A DNA stretch of 63,048 bases, filler included, from Octopus bimaculoides (taxonomy: Eukaryota): assembly GCF_001194135.2 (NCBI RefSeq). It is 3 parts of 3 records of this genome, joined end to end, with 100 filler letters (N's around TTAATTAATTAA, not from the genome) between each part and the next. Parts side by side here need not be neighbours in the genome. Positions count along the whole stretch, not along the records: positions 1 to 30,884 come from NC_069005.1; 2 more parts are not named here. One strand, written 5' to 3'. Below, piece by piece: positions 13,476 through 27,873 of this stretch (the stretch's first letter is position 1; every line of letters begins with the position of its first letter). The notes under the pieces were generated by a model, which had not been told where the DNA came from, did not search any database, and was given only the letters and a program-made list of their open reading frames with translations. The position numbers and the translations under genes were made by a program.

Positions 13476-15051
13476 TATATATTCTTTTATTTGTTTCAGT
13501 CATTTGACTGCAGCCATGCTGGAGCACCGCCTTCAGTTGAGCAAATCAACTACAGGACTTATTCTTTTTAAGCCCAGTACTTATTCCATCAGCCTTTTTT
13601 GCCAAACTGCTAAGTTACAGGGACATAACCGCACCAGCATCGATTGTCAAGCAATGTTGGGCAGACAGACACACAAACATATACATGCACATTCATATAT
13701 ATATATATATAAGATGGGCTTCTTTCAGTTTTCATCTACCAAATCCACTCACAAGGCTTTGGTCAGCTCAAGGCTATAGAAGAAGACACTTGCCCAAGGT
13801 GCCACACAGTGGGACTGAACCAGGGAACCATATGGTTGGTAAGCAAGCTACTTACCACACAGCCACCCCTGCACCTATAGCCACTCCTGTGCCTATATAC
13901 ATAACAGGCTTTTTTCAGTTTCTGTCTATCAAATCCACTCACAAAGCTTTGGTGGGCTTGAGGTTATAGTAGAAAACTAAACCTAGGACCAAGTGATTGG
14001 GAAACAAACTTCTTATCACACAGCCATGCCTGTGCCTATATATATGTATTTATACATCTGTATATCTATATATCTGTATATATTGTGTTGATATATATTA
14101 ACAGAAGTAAATATCAGTACTTCTGAAATAAAAATAACCTGTGCAGTATTTGTTCTGTCCAGTTAGACAAATTTCATGTCCCTCATACTATCAGAAATAC
14201 AGTAAGTCAGTGATCAATTCATTGCAAACCTGTAACCAACAATGCTACTGTTCACCAATTACAAAATCCCTGATTCTGCTCATTAACCATAAAATCCCTT
14301 AACATAACTGAGTTTCTAAATGTCAGAAGTTACACATCATTGCAGAAGCTGACATTTCTTTTTTTAGCCATCAGACAACAAGGGTGAAAACCATTATAAT
14401 GGTAAGGCTGCAGTTGCTGTTGCTGCTTTTGCTACTGGTATGCTACAGAATTCAATCATGAATATGTATATTGGGTCAATATTTACATGGCAAATGAGGT
14501 GGAGATAATATCACAAGAAAAAAAAATCAATTACATTATCTTTAAAATTTCTTTCTTCTTTTCTTGTTGTTTTAAATCAATGAATAAGATTATAATTTAA
14601 TCGTGTAATTTAGAATAAACTAACTGATTGGAACTTGTAAAATGGAACAAAATAATTCTGTTCAAAATGCAGCTTGTTCTGGTAATCATTGCAAAACACA
14701 AGCAAATTAATGAATTCTTGCCTGATTCTTCATCTTGCATTTGGTGCTGGAAGACAACTAAATACAGCTATGCAATTTCGTTCATTCAACTTTTCAAATA
14801 AACCAAAGGTAAAATGATCACATAGAAACATAATATGGTTTTATTTTAAGAAATCAATATGAAGTTAGTATGCTGTTCAAAAGGATTATTTTGCATCATT
14901 TTCCTTGCCTTTAATTTAAATTTTCTCTATCTCTCTTTTAATAGAAGTTTTTGTTTTCCAAAAATATATTGAACTGAGTACTTTCAACTACTTGAAAGTC
15001 TCCCCACAGAATTAATTGATAACCTCTGTTGCTGGAGAGACTCATCCAACT

Positions 15052-15272
15052 TACGATGGGCTGTTGAAAAGTTCCTGGATTTGGATAAAAAAAAATACAG
15101 GAGGATCACTTACTTATGATTTTATTCGACATTCTCCCCTCTCAGATTCACACACTTATTACGGCAGTCTTTCAGTTTTTCTTAGCCCTGTAAGAGAACT
15201 CTGAAGGTTGGGCCTCCAGCCAAACCTTTCGCAATACCCTTAAAGCCAGAAACTTTTCAGCACCCCCTTGTA
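15052..15272. mobile_element. Mariner-type MITE with TA target duplications
   Basis: TA|CGATGGGCTGTTGAAAAGTTCCTGG ... CCAGAAACTTTTCAGCACCCCCTTG|TA inverted termini. Confidence 0.8.
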
Positions 15273-15705
15273 TAATAGCTGTGATCTAATACACAGTTCA
15301 GGTGCATGCTCCAAGAGCACAGCAGCCAGAATAGCAACAGGGTGGGAAACATTTAGGGAGCTATTCACCTCTGCTGGTAACAATTTTTTTTTGTTTTTGT
15401 TATTGTTTTCCTTTGTGAAGGGCAGATATATGATACTTGTGTGTGCAATGCTACGTTGCACAATAGTGAAACATAGGCAGGGGATGTGGAGGACACGTGG
15501 AGGCTTAAAAGAAATGAAGTGAGCATTATTTTACTAATATTAAATAAATCCATTGGATGCATAAAATTAGTGAACATGGATGAGGGGACATGTGATGAGA
15601 ATGTTGCAGGAAAGAATCACAAGATGGATTCTTCAAGCCAAGCTAATTGGCAGGAGATTTAGGGACAGACCAAGAACTAGATGGTTGGATAATACCTGTA
15701 GGGCA
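15273..15705 (+). mobile_element. RTE-like LINE fragments
   Basis: GACSKSTAARIATGWETFREL and GHVMRM..RRFRDRPRTRWLD. Confidence 0.6.
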
Positions 15706-16199
15706 TGGCACAGGTGTAGCTGTGTAGTAAGTTTGCTTCCCAGCCACATGGTTCCAGGTTCAATCCCACTGCATGGCACCATTGGTAAGTATTTTCTACT
15801 ATAGCCTCAGGCCAACCACACCCTTCTGAGTATATTTGATAGATGGAAACCGAAAGAAGCCCATCATATATGTGTATCTGTCCCCACCACCACTTGACAA
15901 ATGGTGTTGGTGTGTTTCCATCCCCCGTAACTTAGCAGTTTGGCAAAGGAGACTGATAGAATAAGCAGGACTTATTTTTTTAATAAAAAAAAAGTATTGG
16001 GGTCAATTCATTTAACTTCATTTTTCAAGATGGTGCTGTAGTATGGCTGCAGTCTAATGACTGAAACAAGTAAAAGATAAAGTGTAATGAATGTTGCTAT
16101 TGATAGGACCCTATGGTAGAGATTCCCCAAGACTCTACCCTCATGACCCTCCCAAGATAGGGGGATGGATGGATGGATGAACAAAGGAACAGAAATGAG

Positions 16200-16460
16200 C
16201 TCAGACAAAATCTGTGTATTCAGAGAATTGAAGGTAGTGTGCAAGACAGGAGATTGCACTGGTATGGACATATGATGTGTATGGAGGATGAGACTTGGGA
16301 TAAAGGAGGAGTGCCAGGCAATCCAAGTGGAAGGAACCCATGAGAGAAAAAGACCAAAGAAGACAAAGGAGGGAAGAGGTGAAAACTGATCTCAACAGGC
16401 AATTTCACAAAAGGGATGGTAACACATAGTAACAAACCTTGTGCTGGACAGGACCCATCC
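16200..16460 (+). mobile_element. RTE-like LINE C-terminal fragment
   Basis: QDRRLHWYGHMMCM..QVEGTHERKRPKKT. Confidence 0.6.
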
Positions 16461-16497
16461 AACTTATAATGGCTGTAGAGAGTTATCTCATTAATCA

Positions 16498-16544
<47 letters not shown>

Positions 16545-17559
16545 ACGTGCGTGTGTGTGCATGCATGTGTGTGTGTGTGATTATCATCATCATTTAACAT
16601 CCATTTTCTATTCTGGCATGAGTTAGAATGCAGCACCAGGCTCCAGTCTACTTTGGCTTGGTTTCTACAGCTGGATGCCCTTCCTAATGCCAGCCATTCC
16701 AGAGAGTGTACTGAGTGCTTATTATGTGTCACTGGCCACAACTATGAATTCACTCGGCTTGACGTGTTTTGTCAAGCACAGTAAATTGCCGACAGTCTTG
16801 GTCACTTGTCATCACCTCCACGAGACAACATCCAAAGATCATACTTCACCATCTCATCCCATCTCTTCCTGGGCTTACCACTTCCACAGGTTCCCTTCAC
16901 AAAGATCGACTCTTCTTTACACAGCTGTGTGTGCATGAATATTTACATTCTGTGCTTGCATGAACAAAAAAAGAAGAAGAGAAAAACATTACTGAGCAAC
17001 AAACAATGTTCTCTGTTGTTATTTCCCTGTTGACAAATCATCCAATGGTTCTGTGCTCTCAAAGACAGATGGAATGGAAACACCCTTACTTACAAAACAA
17101 GTAAAGCTTAGTGACAGGAAAAGCATCCTACTGTAAAAAAACATCACTTCAACAATGTAATCATCTAACTCATGTTGGCACGAAGGGGTGGGGGTGGGAG
17201 GAGTTGTTAGGGGTAAAATAAATAAGTAGACATAAAATGAATGAATGAACAACTAATGAAGCATCTACTAAATCTAAAAAGCTGAAAGGTTGGTTAAGAT
17301 TTAATGGTTATTAGTAGAGTGTAAAGTAATATCAGAATATGGGTTCCATAGTCATGTAATTGAAAAGAAGAATTATTATGCTTGCTGTATTCTATAGAAT
17401 ACTTGACAGTGTGATGTATTATGAAGATATAGACCAGTGACAACATTCAAAACCAAAAACAAAAATAGTAATAATAATAATGGTAATAGCAATAATAACA
17501 AGAGAATCATATAATTATAACTATGAGATTTCCACAATAGTAGAGATGACTATCCAGGG

Positions 17560-19240
17560 TTGGCTCAGGTCCCCCACCGATCTTGAACCACCTGACGCTT
17601 CAAGGATACTCGGGAAGGATACATCTCTCCTCCTCAAATTAACCAGCCTACAGGCACATTATTAGAATAAGTCCACTCACACGGGCCATTTTCGCTACCT
17701 TCACCCTCCTTTCAGCAAATGTACTGGGGGCCAGCACTTCTCTCTCCACCCTCATCTTCCTTTCCAAATGAAATTTGAAAAAGTTGATGAAGGATTGGCC
17801 GAAGAGAAAAGTGTCTGTCTTCAGTCCTTTCAACCTGGTCCACCATACAACTTCTTTCGCTACTGCTACCAGACAGGAAAATTGTCTGCCCTTCCTGGCC
17901 AAAGGAAGGCAATGGGTGAGTCTTCACTATGGACTCAGCTGATAGTTGGATCTGTCCTACATGTGACAACAACTGTTTGACATAACTTCACAAGTCAGTA
18001 ATGCATGGATACTGGACAAGTGTGTGTGCAGAATGGTTTCGTTGCTCTGCATGCATCTCGGGCAGGTCCGTCTGACAGCACTCTCATTCCTGTAGAGTTC
18101 ATCTCGAACTGGCAGTTCCCCACTCAGTAGCACTGTCCGGCGAGGGATTTCTGGAAGTTATCCATCATCCCAGGCTGAAAAGTCCTCCAGAACAGACTGG
18201 TTAGTTCAACTTTGCCGATGCTCAGCACCTCTCCGAGTACATCATTGTACTTTCCTGTCACTAACCCTCTATAGAACTCAAGAGTGGATGTTCCACTGAC
18301 GGGTTTCCCCACCTGGTAGAGGGCAGTGAGTGCCTGGCAACATTTCAGATGCTACCCACCCTGTCTAGGTTTCTTCTTGACCCAAGACTGCAGCTCAGTC
18401 AAGGAGATGTGCTGGGGAAAGGCATGTTTGACAAACAGTGACCACACCTGTTCACTGTTTAGGCAAAATATCTAGAGATGCTGCAGCCTCAGCGCATGCC
18501 TATGCATCATTAACCATGGTATGCTCAGCCCTCCATGTAAAAGGTGCTGGCAGCAGATGGATTGCCTCACCAACGGAACCTGTCCCTTCCACAAGAATTT
18601 GAAGAGAAGACACTCCCACTTGGTGAGGTACGAATAGGGGCAAGGCACAATGGTCAGGTGGTAGTAGATGATGGACGCGATGTATCCATTTGTCACCTCT
18701 GCCCAACCTTTCAGTGACAGCTTCCTCGCAGCCCATTTCTGGGTGAGACTAGCTATTCCATTCATCAACTTGTCCCAATTCTTTTCCACCTGGAGGTCTG
18801 GTCTGAACCAAATGCCAAGCAACTTGCCCAGTCTGTCTAGCCAGTGCCCAACAATGTTGTTGGATGGCATGGACTTACCTCTCCAGGTGCCAAGCTGCAA
18901 ACCCACTGATTTTTGTTTTGCTCCTGTCAACTTTTCATATTCCTCCAATGATGTACCGACCACCTCAGTTTCTGAGGTGTTCGACACCATCACAGTGATG
19001 TCGTCCACATAAGCTGACACAGCTCTTCTGTGTCCTGGTTCAAACGGGATGCCCTGCAGCAGCTCCAGCTTTCACAGTAAAGGCTCAAGAGTCAATACGT
19101 ACAAAAGGGAGGTGAGAGGGTACCCTTGACAGACTGATTGGGAAATCTAAAACAGTTCTGAGAGGTGGCCATTAATTTTGACTACTGAGCAGATGCTGCT
19201 GTGCATTGCAGTGATCCAAGCTCTGAAGACGGCACCAAAG
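17560..19240 (-). mobile_element. Degenerate Tx1/L1-clade LINE ORF2 3' half (RT and zinc-finger tail)
   Basis: Translates as SVCQGYPLTSLLYVLTLEPLL..VSAYVDDITVMV..LLGIWF..KLSLKGWAEV..FLWKG..GGL, and further downstream CPRCMQSNETILHTLVQ; contains stops and frameshifts. Confidence 0.88.
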
Positions 19241-19245
19241 GCAGC

Positions 19246-19301
<56 letters not shown>

Positions 19302-20170
19302 GAGAATAGTAATAAAAATAAAACTTTTTTCTCTGTATTGTCTATGCACATAGGCATTCATTTCAATAATTTACACATTTATATGTCTCTCTCTCTCACA
19401 CACACACATACATTACAGCATTGATGTGTTTATGGTATGAAAAGAAATATAGAATTCCAGAGCTATAATTAATAGAAGTCTATTTTTAATAATTTGAATA
19501 AATTTGCTTGCTGTTATTTTTGGCAGCCAAGCCAAGCTATCATTAAAATTACTTCAAAGAAGAACCTCATTTACAACTTCTATTGAAAAAAATGGAATTT
19601 AGCTGTAAATTTTTGGTTATTATAAGTGAATTGATAACTATATGAACAGAAATGGAACTATACATGCTTCTTCCATTGACAAAAGGAATGTCAAGAACAA
19701 GACAGTGCCTTTCTCATTCTAAAATGTCCTCCGATCATAAATTTATGCAAGACTATTTTTACCTTTTATCTACTGTTTCAGTCAGTAGACTGTGACCATG
19801 CTGGGGCACCATCTTGAAGAATTTTAATCAAACAAATCGCCCTCAGTATTTATTTTCTTTTTTAAGATTGGTACTTATTCTATCAGTCTCCTTTGCTAGA
19901 CCACAAGGTTATGAGGATGTAAACACGCCAACACCAGTTGTCAAGTGGTGATGGGCACAAACACAGACACAAATACACACACACACATTATTTATACACA
20001 CATAATGAGCTTCTTTCAGTTTCCATCAACGAAATCCACTCACAAGGCTTTGGTTGGTCCAAAGCTATAGTAGAAGAAAACTTGCCGAAGGTGCCACGCA
20101 GTGGGACTGAACCTGGAACCATGGCTGGGAAGCAAGCTTCTTACCACACAGCCACACCTGTACCTATACA

Positions 20171-20208
<38 letters not shown>

Positions 20209-21007
20209 CAATCTACTTCTTTCAGCTTCCTTCTGTCAAATTCACTCACAAGGTTTTGGTAGGTCAGGGGATACAGTAGAAGACACTTGCCCAAGGTGCC
20301 AAGTAGTGGGAATGAACCTGGAACCATGTGGTCGGAAAGCAAACTTCTTACCACACAGCCAGGTTTGTGAATAGGGAAAACAGATTTGATATGCACATCT
20401 TCAGTTCACACTTAATCTCCAATTTTATTACTTATGAAATCCTCTCATGGATTTAACAGTGGCAGGATATATCATGCAGGCTTTTAATTCACTGATGATG
20501 CAGCTGAATACAAGAAATATGCTGAATGGGGACAGTGTCTCAGGGACACAAAGATTGATTCTTAAGATTGCAAGTCTGACAGAGTTCAGACTTGATTGAA
20601 AAGAGACATGAACAAAAGAATAAATAAAAAAATAAAAGTAAAAATCATACAAGTTGTTACTTATGATAAGCAAACTAGGAGATAAGATGGAGATAATTTT
20701 ATATCCAAAAAATTCTGATAAATATTCACCTCATGAGGTATGACTAATCTGGCTTAACCAGCAAAGCTAGATAAATTGAAACGGATATGACTGCCACTAC
20801 TATTACTACTGCTACTACTAATATTACTATAGATGCTGACTTGAGAAACAGATTCAAGCTGGGATTAAACCTGCCGCTTTTACTAGATCTTATTGATTAG
20901 GTTATGCTGACATTCCAGACTGAATATATCCAAAAGTCATTTAGTATTAAAAAAAAAACTGTTCTTAAATATAGAAGCAAGGTTGGGGAGGCCCCCCCCA
21001 CCCACCA

Positions 21008-21042
<35 letters not shown>

Positions 21043-21422
21043 CAATACAGTAACAATAAGAGCATCACAGCAAACCACAGCACATACCCAAGGCACACAG
21101 AGCTGCGCTCGGTAGTGAAGTGAAAGCACGTTATAAAAATAAAACTACTGAATAATAATAATAATAATAATAATAAAGGCATAGGTATGGCTGTGTGGTA
21201 AGAGGTTTGCTTCCAAACCACACAGTTCTGGGTTCAGTCCCACTTCATGGCACATTGGACAAGTGTCTTTTGCTATAGACTCNNNNNNNNNNNNNNNNNN
21301 NNNNNNNNNNNNNNNNNNNNNNNNNNNNNNNNNNNNNNNNNNNNNNNNNNNNNNNNNNNNNNNNNNNNNNNNNNNNNNNNNNNNNNNNNNNNNNNNNNNN
21401 NNNNNNNNNNNNNNNNNNNNNN

Positions 21423-21468
<46 letters not shown>

Positions 21469-22316
21469 AAAACAGGAAATTGGAAAGTTTTTGGTATTAT
21501 CTATTCACCATTACATGTGTTCCATTTGCTGATACGGATTACAAAGTTTTACATGTAGATAGACATGGAAGGAATTTCCTATTAGGAAAACAATATATAT
21601 TTTGACTAACATACAGCAGCACCTCAGACTACATTCTGGATTGTAATAATGGAATAAGCAGATGTGCTTCAAAGGAAACAGAAGTCAATAAAATAAAGTT
21701 GCACTCAAGTATTGGAGTTGATTTAGTCAACTAACACCTTCAATTGCCTTGTGCCCGAATCAGAAACCATCACTGCCACCATCTCCAACATTGTCCTTTT
21801 TGTTGAAGCCTACCATGACCAGATTTGCTTCCACCTGCTTCTCTGAGAATTTGGGATTTTTTTTTTTTTACCCAAGTACAACTGAAAGAAGGTGCAGGTG
21901 GCACATAAAAACACCCGGTGAAGTGTTGGTGTTAGGAAGGGCATTCAGCCATAGAAACCAAGCCAAAACAGACTATGGAACCTGATGAGGCCCCTGGCCT
22001 TGCCAGTTCCTATCAAGCCATCCAACCCATGCCATGTTGATGATGATGGAACTTTGAGGAATGAGTTGGATGTCCTCCAAATGATCAATAGATTGGTACA
22101 GTCAGTACATGACTCCGAGTCATGTTTCATACAAAGACTGGGAAAGAGGTAGACGGTAGGGAATAGTGAGAAATAGGACAAGTATGTGTAATAATTAGTT
22201 TCTGTGTGAAAAGTGTGAACGGAAGCGCATTACTGAAGATATTCTTGTAGTTATAATCAAAGAGGCTGAATGAAAATATTGTACAATAGGAACAAGCATG
22301 ACCATGTAAGATGTTT

Positions 22317-22390
22317 GGTTTACAACCATGCAGATGCAAGTTACCTTTGGTAGGTTTACAACCATGCAGATGCAAGTTACCTTTGGTAGG
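22317..22390. repeat. Perfect 36-bp tandem duplication
   Basis: GGTTTACAACCATGCAGATGCAAGTTACCTTTGGTA repeated twice. Confidence 0.95.
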
Positions 22391-22589
22391 CATATTGTAC
22401 CTCAAATGAAACAATACCTGTGTAGGGGAAGGAGTGGCTAGACAAAAAAAAAACTGTGCAAAAGCCTCTCTCTTCCTCTATCTCTGACTTACACAAGCAT
22501 TGTTGAGGGATTAGCAAGTTTACTTCCCAACCATGTGGGTTTGAGGTTCAGTTCCCACTACATGGCATCTTAAGTGGATATCTTCCACC

Positions 22590-22880
22590 AAGGGCAGCAA
22601 TGAAAAAAAGGAGAAAAGGGAACTGGAGGAAAAAGGTAGAGAGAGAGGAAGAAATAGAGGAAGAGCAAGGAGAAAAGGGAGGAGGAGGAGGAAGAAGGTG
22701 GGGAGGAAGTAGAGGAAGGGAAGTAAAAAGGAATAAGAATGGAAGAAAAGGAGGAAGAAAATGAGAAGTGGAAGAGGGAGAAGAGGAAGGGAGGAAGATG
22801 GGAAGAAAAGGAGAAGAGGAGGAAGAACATGAAGAAGAGGAAGAAGGTAGAAGAGGTAGCAGAGAAGGAAGAGAAGTTAA
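22590..22880. repeat. GAG/GAA purine-rich low-complexity tract
   Basis: Direct inspection. Confidence 0.9.
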
Positions 22881-25304
22881 CAAATGTGAGACTATTTGCT
22901 TCACATATAAAAAGCATACTATGAAATAGATATCAAAGAGTCTCTTTCAGAAATAACTTCTGATAGACTTCAATGTACTTAGATGTTTGAAAGACAACAA
23001 CAAAAAACATGCTAAAGAGATAAAAAAAAATGAGACAAAATAAAACCATAAGCAAGAAATATAGGACAGACATGTTATTGGTGGTGTTAATATTTCTTTA
23101 GATCTTTTTAATCTTTATATCTTTGTCAAAACAAATGATGAATGAAATGAATTTATTTTATTTTCAGTCGAAAGTTGTCTTAATAAAATGTCATATTCTG
23201 TTAGGTTGTTATCCCAAAGAAGAGGAAACGCAACATTTTCATCAAGAAAGTAGAAGACAATGAACAAAGAAATTTTTTTCCTTTAGATTATCATGATTGC
23301 ATGAAAGAATATTGACTAATAATAACTAGATGGCATTAACATTTTGCAGTTTTAGTTCAATATATAGATATTATTTCTTTTTTTTTTTGTGCTTTCTTTA
23401 GTCTGAAAAGAAACCAAAATCTGAAATTTTATTGAAAAGGACAGTTTGAAATTTTAGAATTTCAGTTCAAAAGCTTGAAAGTTCAAATTCAGCCACTGGC
23501 ATTATATCATTACATTAAACTAAGGAACAGTATTCTTATTCATTACATTGAATTAACCAAAACAAGAAAAACGAAGCTTTAACCGTCTGTTACTCAGTTT
23601 AATATTGCCAACTTAGCCTTTAAAAGTCCCTTTAACAAATTCTACTTGGTTGTTGCATGTACTCAGGTCAAGTCACCTGTCTAAAGGTAACTAAATATCC
23701 TAAAGCACTGCTTCTTACCATGTGGAACTCACAAGTTATGTGTGTGTGTGTGTGTGCACAATACATGTCCCATACTCTCCTCCATTGGTCTTAGGCACCC
23801 TAAAATGGTCACGTGTACAGCCCGTCATCCTTTGATGATTATGCTGCAAAAAGTTCTTTTTTAAATTTTAAGGCCACTCTTTCCAGCTCTGTTCATTATT
23901 CCCACCCACTCTTATATAATGTGAGCAGCCATGTATCTTCTCTACAGCAAGAAACCTGTTTCAACCCCTTCAGACTTTAATTTTTCATCACCAAGCATGA
24001 AGTAACTGCCCTCTCCATTGTATTCTATTCAACTGAAGGGATTTTAGTCTTGTGAGTTAAATGGTAACCTCACTAGTGCTGGCGCCATGAAAAAAAAAGA
24101 AAAAAAACAGCATCCAGTACACTCTGTAAGTGGTTGACATTAAGAAAGGCTCCAACCATAGAAACTATGCCAAAGCAGATGTTGGAGTACAACACAATCA
24201 TCTGACCCACTGGAGACGTCAATTCACTGAACTGATCCAAGCATGGAAGATAGATGTTAGAATATAAAAAAGGACTTTTTTTCTGCATTAACTCTGTTGA
24301 CAGAAGCCCATCTGAACTTATCTCTGATTCTGTGATCCAAAAGTATACTTTCTAAATGATTATATCTTAATTAAAAACACCCAGCACAACCTGATGTAAG
24401 AATATTTTCTTAAAATACATTCCAAATGTCAGTTTAATAACGAATGAAAGAGTTAATTATTTTACTAAATTGCTCCATATTCTTGATTCTTTTCAAAATT
24501 AATTGAAACAAATAGGAAATGTATTTTACAGAAATCATCAGTGAAAGGAATTCATTATATTTTCAGAAAATGTGTTCATAAAAGAGAAGGAAATTTAACA
24601 TTTTCCTTGAGAATTAGAAGACAATGGACGAGGAAATTTGTTAGTGTTCTTTCAATTGCATGAAAGAATAGTAACAAATAATAACTGGTTGGCAGTAACA
24701 ATTCACAGTTTTAGTTCAATATCTATTGGTTCTTATTAACCCTTAAGTATGATATTAAATTTCAAAACACACTTTGTGCCAGTGCTACATAGATGCACCC
24801 ATGCTGGTGGCATGTAAAAAGGACCCAGCACACTCTGTAAAGTGATTGGTATTAGGAAGGGTATCCAGCCATAGAAACCATGCCAAAACAGATAATTGGA
24901 GTCTGGACAGATACCCAGCTGGCCAACTCCTGTCAAACCGTCCAACCCATGCCAGCATGGAAAGCAGCCGGTAAACAATGATGATGATGGTTATTCCAGT
25001 AATTATATTAAATATCAACCAAAAAAAATAGAATAGGTATTGTCTGCAAGTCATGTTGCCTCAATAAACTTGACATGTCCCAACAGAAAATAGTTTCAAA
25101 CATGAAATTCCTGAACAAAAGATAGATTAGTATATAAAACTGCTTTCTTCAGTTAAGAGTAATGAAATTTCAAGAGGATACATCTGATTTATGCAGTGAA
25201 AAGGTTTGAAAGAAATATATTTGTTCAAATGTAATAGCAAAATGGTTATTCTATAACATTATTATCTCTTAAATAAAAAATCCTTAAAAAGTGCTCAACA
25301 TCAT

Positions 25305-25600
25305 CATCATCATCATCATCATCACCATCATTTAATGTCCGTTGTCCATGATGACATGGATTGGATGGTTTGACCAGAGCTGACAAGCTGGGGAGCTGCA
25401 CCAGACTCCAGTTTGATTTGGCTTGATTTCTATGGTTGGATGCCCTTCCTAACACTAACCACTTTACAGAATGTGCTGGATGCTTTTACATGGCACCACA
25501 GGGAGGCTCTCACATGGTGCCACACAGGCGTTTTTACATGGCATTGCACAGGTGTTTTTACATGGTGTCACATGGGCACTTTTACATGACACTGCATGGC
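25305..25600 (-). mobile_element. SINE/short retroposon family 3 with (GAT)n tail (..TTGGCATTAGGAAGGGCATCCAGC..AACCCATGCCAGCATGGAAA)
   Basis: Repeated at about 4255-4450, 8930-9120, 16590-16740, 21890-22050, 24080-24260, 24770-24990 and 29170-29630. Confidence 0.75.
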
Positions 25601-27186
25601 ACTTTTACATGGATCTAAATATTCTGTGAATCATCATAATATCAAAGATTAGTGCAGTACCAAACAAGGTGTCCAAGATCCGATTGAAAAATCAAAATCA
25701 TTATTATTCATGGGGCTATGAGTCACCTGGGCCCCAGTGCTACTGCCTTGATCTGGCACTGTTTAGCTGAAACATTTGGAGTTAACCACAAACAAACAAA
25801 AATTTGATACAACTTGGCATCATCCTCAAAGACATGAATGGATGAATCACATTCCACAAGGGATTCCATTCTGATGGCCTACCATTTCCACTAATTTATT
25901 GTTCCAGATTAACCCTTTAGATACCAGTCTTTTTGAGACTGCCTCTGATTCTACAACACAAACTTTTAAACCCCAGCTTAATAATGACAAAGTCCTTTTA
26001 CTAAATTCTTCATTATTTTCAAAATTAATTGAAACAAGGGTTTTTTTTTTTGACCAAACTCCAAAAAGATGAAAGATGAATTTGACCACAGAAGGACTAG
26101 AGCACAAAGTTCAAAATGCCAAACCAAGTAATGTTATACAGTTTTCTAACTAATGCTCTAATTGCCTTTACCAACTCACCATCTTCATTATTTGTCCTCC
26201 CTATTTACAAGTTGATTGAATCACAAGTAATCAATGAATCAATTAAATAATTCTGACCCCCACACCTCTTTCCCTAATTACAAGTTCATTAAACCACAAG
26301 AAGCGCAAGCAGTGAATGACTCAAATAACTACATTTGATGTTTTGCCACAGACTATAGACCCTCTTGTAGTCAATTTAATTTATTGTCTACAATCAACAC
26401 AAAGCTGTTGATCATTCAAAATTGTATTGAAGCTGTTCTTCTGGTAACAGAAGACATTAAACAAATCATTTATTTCCTATTTAAAAAACAAATAAAAAGT
26501 CTGTCCATATAGGTGCAGGCATGGTTGTGTGGTAAGAAGTTTGCATTCCAACCACATAGTTCCAGGTTCAGTCCCACTGTAAAGCACCTAGCACAAGTGT
26601 TGTCTACTATAACCTCAGGCTGATAAAAGCCTTGTGAGTGGATTTGGCAGATGAAAAGTGAAAGAAGCCCATCGCATATACATATGTATATGTCTATGTG
26701 TGTATTTGTCCCCCCACTACTGCTTGACAACTGGTGTTGGTGTGCTTACATCCTCATAACTTATTTCATTGGTCTCTTTTGCCAAACTGCTAAATACTAG
26801 GTTTTAAAAAGCAAGTCCTGGGATTGATCTGTTCAACTTTCAACAAGGTGCCCCAGCATGGCTGCAGCCAAATGACTGAAACAAGTAAAAAGTAAAAGAT
26901 ATGGGATAAGTCTGACCATATTTGAAAACAGGTGAGGGCTGGTGACAGAAGAGACATCTGGTCATAGAAAAATCTGCCTCAACAAATTCTATTTGACCCA
27001 TACAAGACAAGTCAGCATTAAATGATGATTATGTTGTATGATGATGATGTTGTATTTTGGAATGGTCATTTTTTTTTCCCAAATAAACACATGCACTATA
27101 TACATGTCCATTGTCCGGAAATCTTTCATCACACAACTGTGACCTCTTCAGCAATACTTTTTGTTTTCATGTGTGCTCTTGCATAA

Positions 27187-27530
27187 AGGCACATGGCTCA
27201 GTGGTTAGAGCATCGGGCTCACAACCATGAGGTAGTGAGTTCAATTCCCAGACCAAGCTGTGTGTTGTGTTCTTGAGCAAGACACTTTATTTCATGTTGC
27301 TCCAGTTCACTTAGCTGTAGAAATGAGTTGCAACATCACTAGTGCCAAGTTGTATTGGCCTTTGCCTTTCCCTTGGATAACATTGGTCGTGTGGAGAGGG
27401 GAGGCTTGCATGCATGGGCGACTGCTGGTCTTCCATAAACAACCTTGCCCAGACTTGTGCCTCGGAGGATAACTTTCTAAGTGCAATTCCATGGTCATTC
27501 ATGACCAAAGGAAGTCCTTCTTTTCCTTCT
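27187..27530 (+). mobile_element. SINE family 4 (tRNA-like head GGCTCAGTGGTTAGAGC..GAGTTCAATTCC)
   Basis: A/B-box-like head; inverted homologous partial copy at about 29935-30235. Confidence 0.8.
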
Positions 27531-27595
27531 GTTAAATCAAACATTGATGTAATGCTTTATCTCCTAGAGGAAACTGCAGCAACCACAAATATACG

Positions 27596-27637
<42 letters not shown>

Positions 27638-27873
27638 CTCACTTAAAAATAGTTTCCAGACTGATTAGCATCTAACTGCCCACCAATGTACTCCATCCTC
27701 CGGCTCACAGATGTTCCGTTTCCTCTCACTGCTTCTACCAACACTACTAATGATGTCTCTGCTCCTAAGAACTAACTGATCTTGTGGCACCTCTATTTTG
27801 ACATATCAAACTCACTTATCTCTTCTTCTTCTCCTCCTCCTCTCATGATCAATATTGTGTATACACTGTCAAA

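Noticed and set aside
17030-17150. Protein-like frame DKSSNGSVLSKTDGMETPLL
   Set aside because: Runs into a decayed family-3 retroposon tail, so probably repeat-derived.
22317-22390. 36-bp direct repeat resembling a CRISPR repeat in length
   Set aside because: Two abutting copies, no spacer, no cas genes, eukaryotic context.
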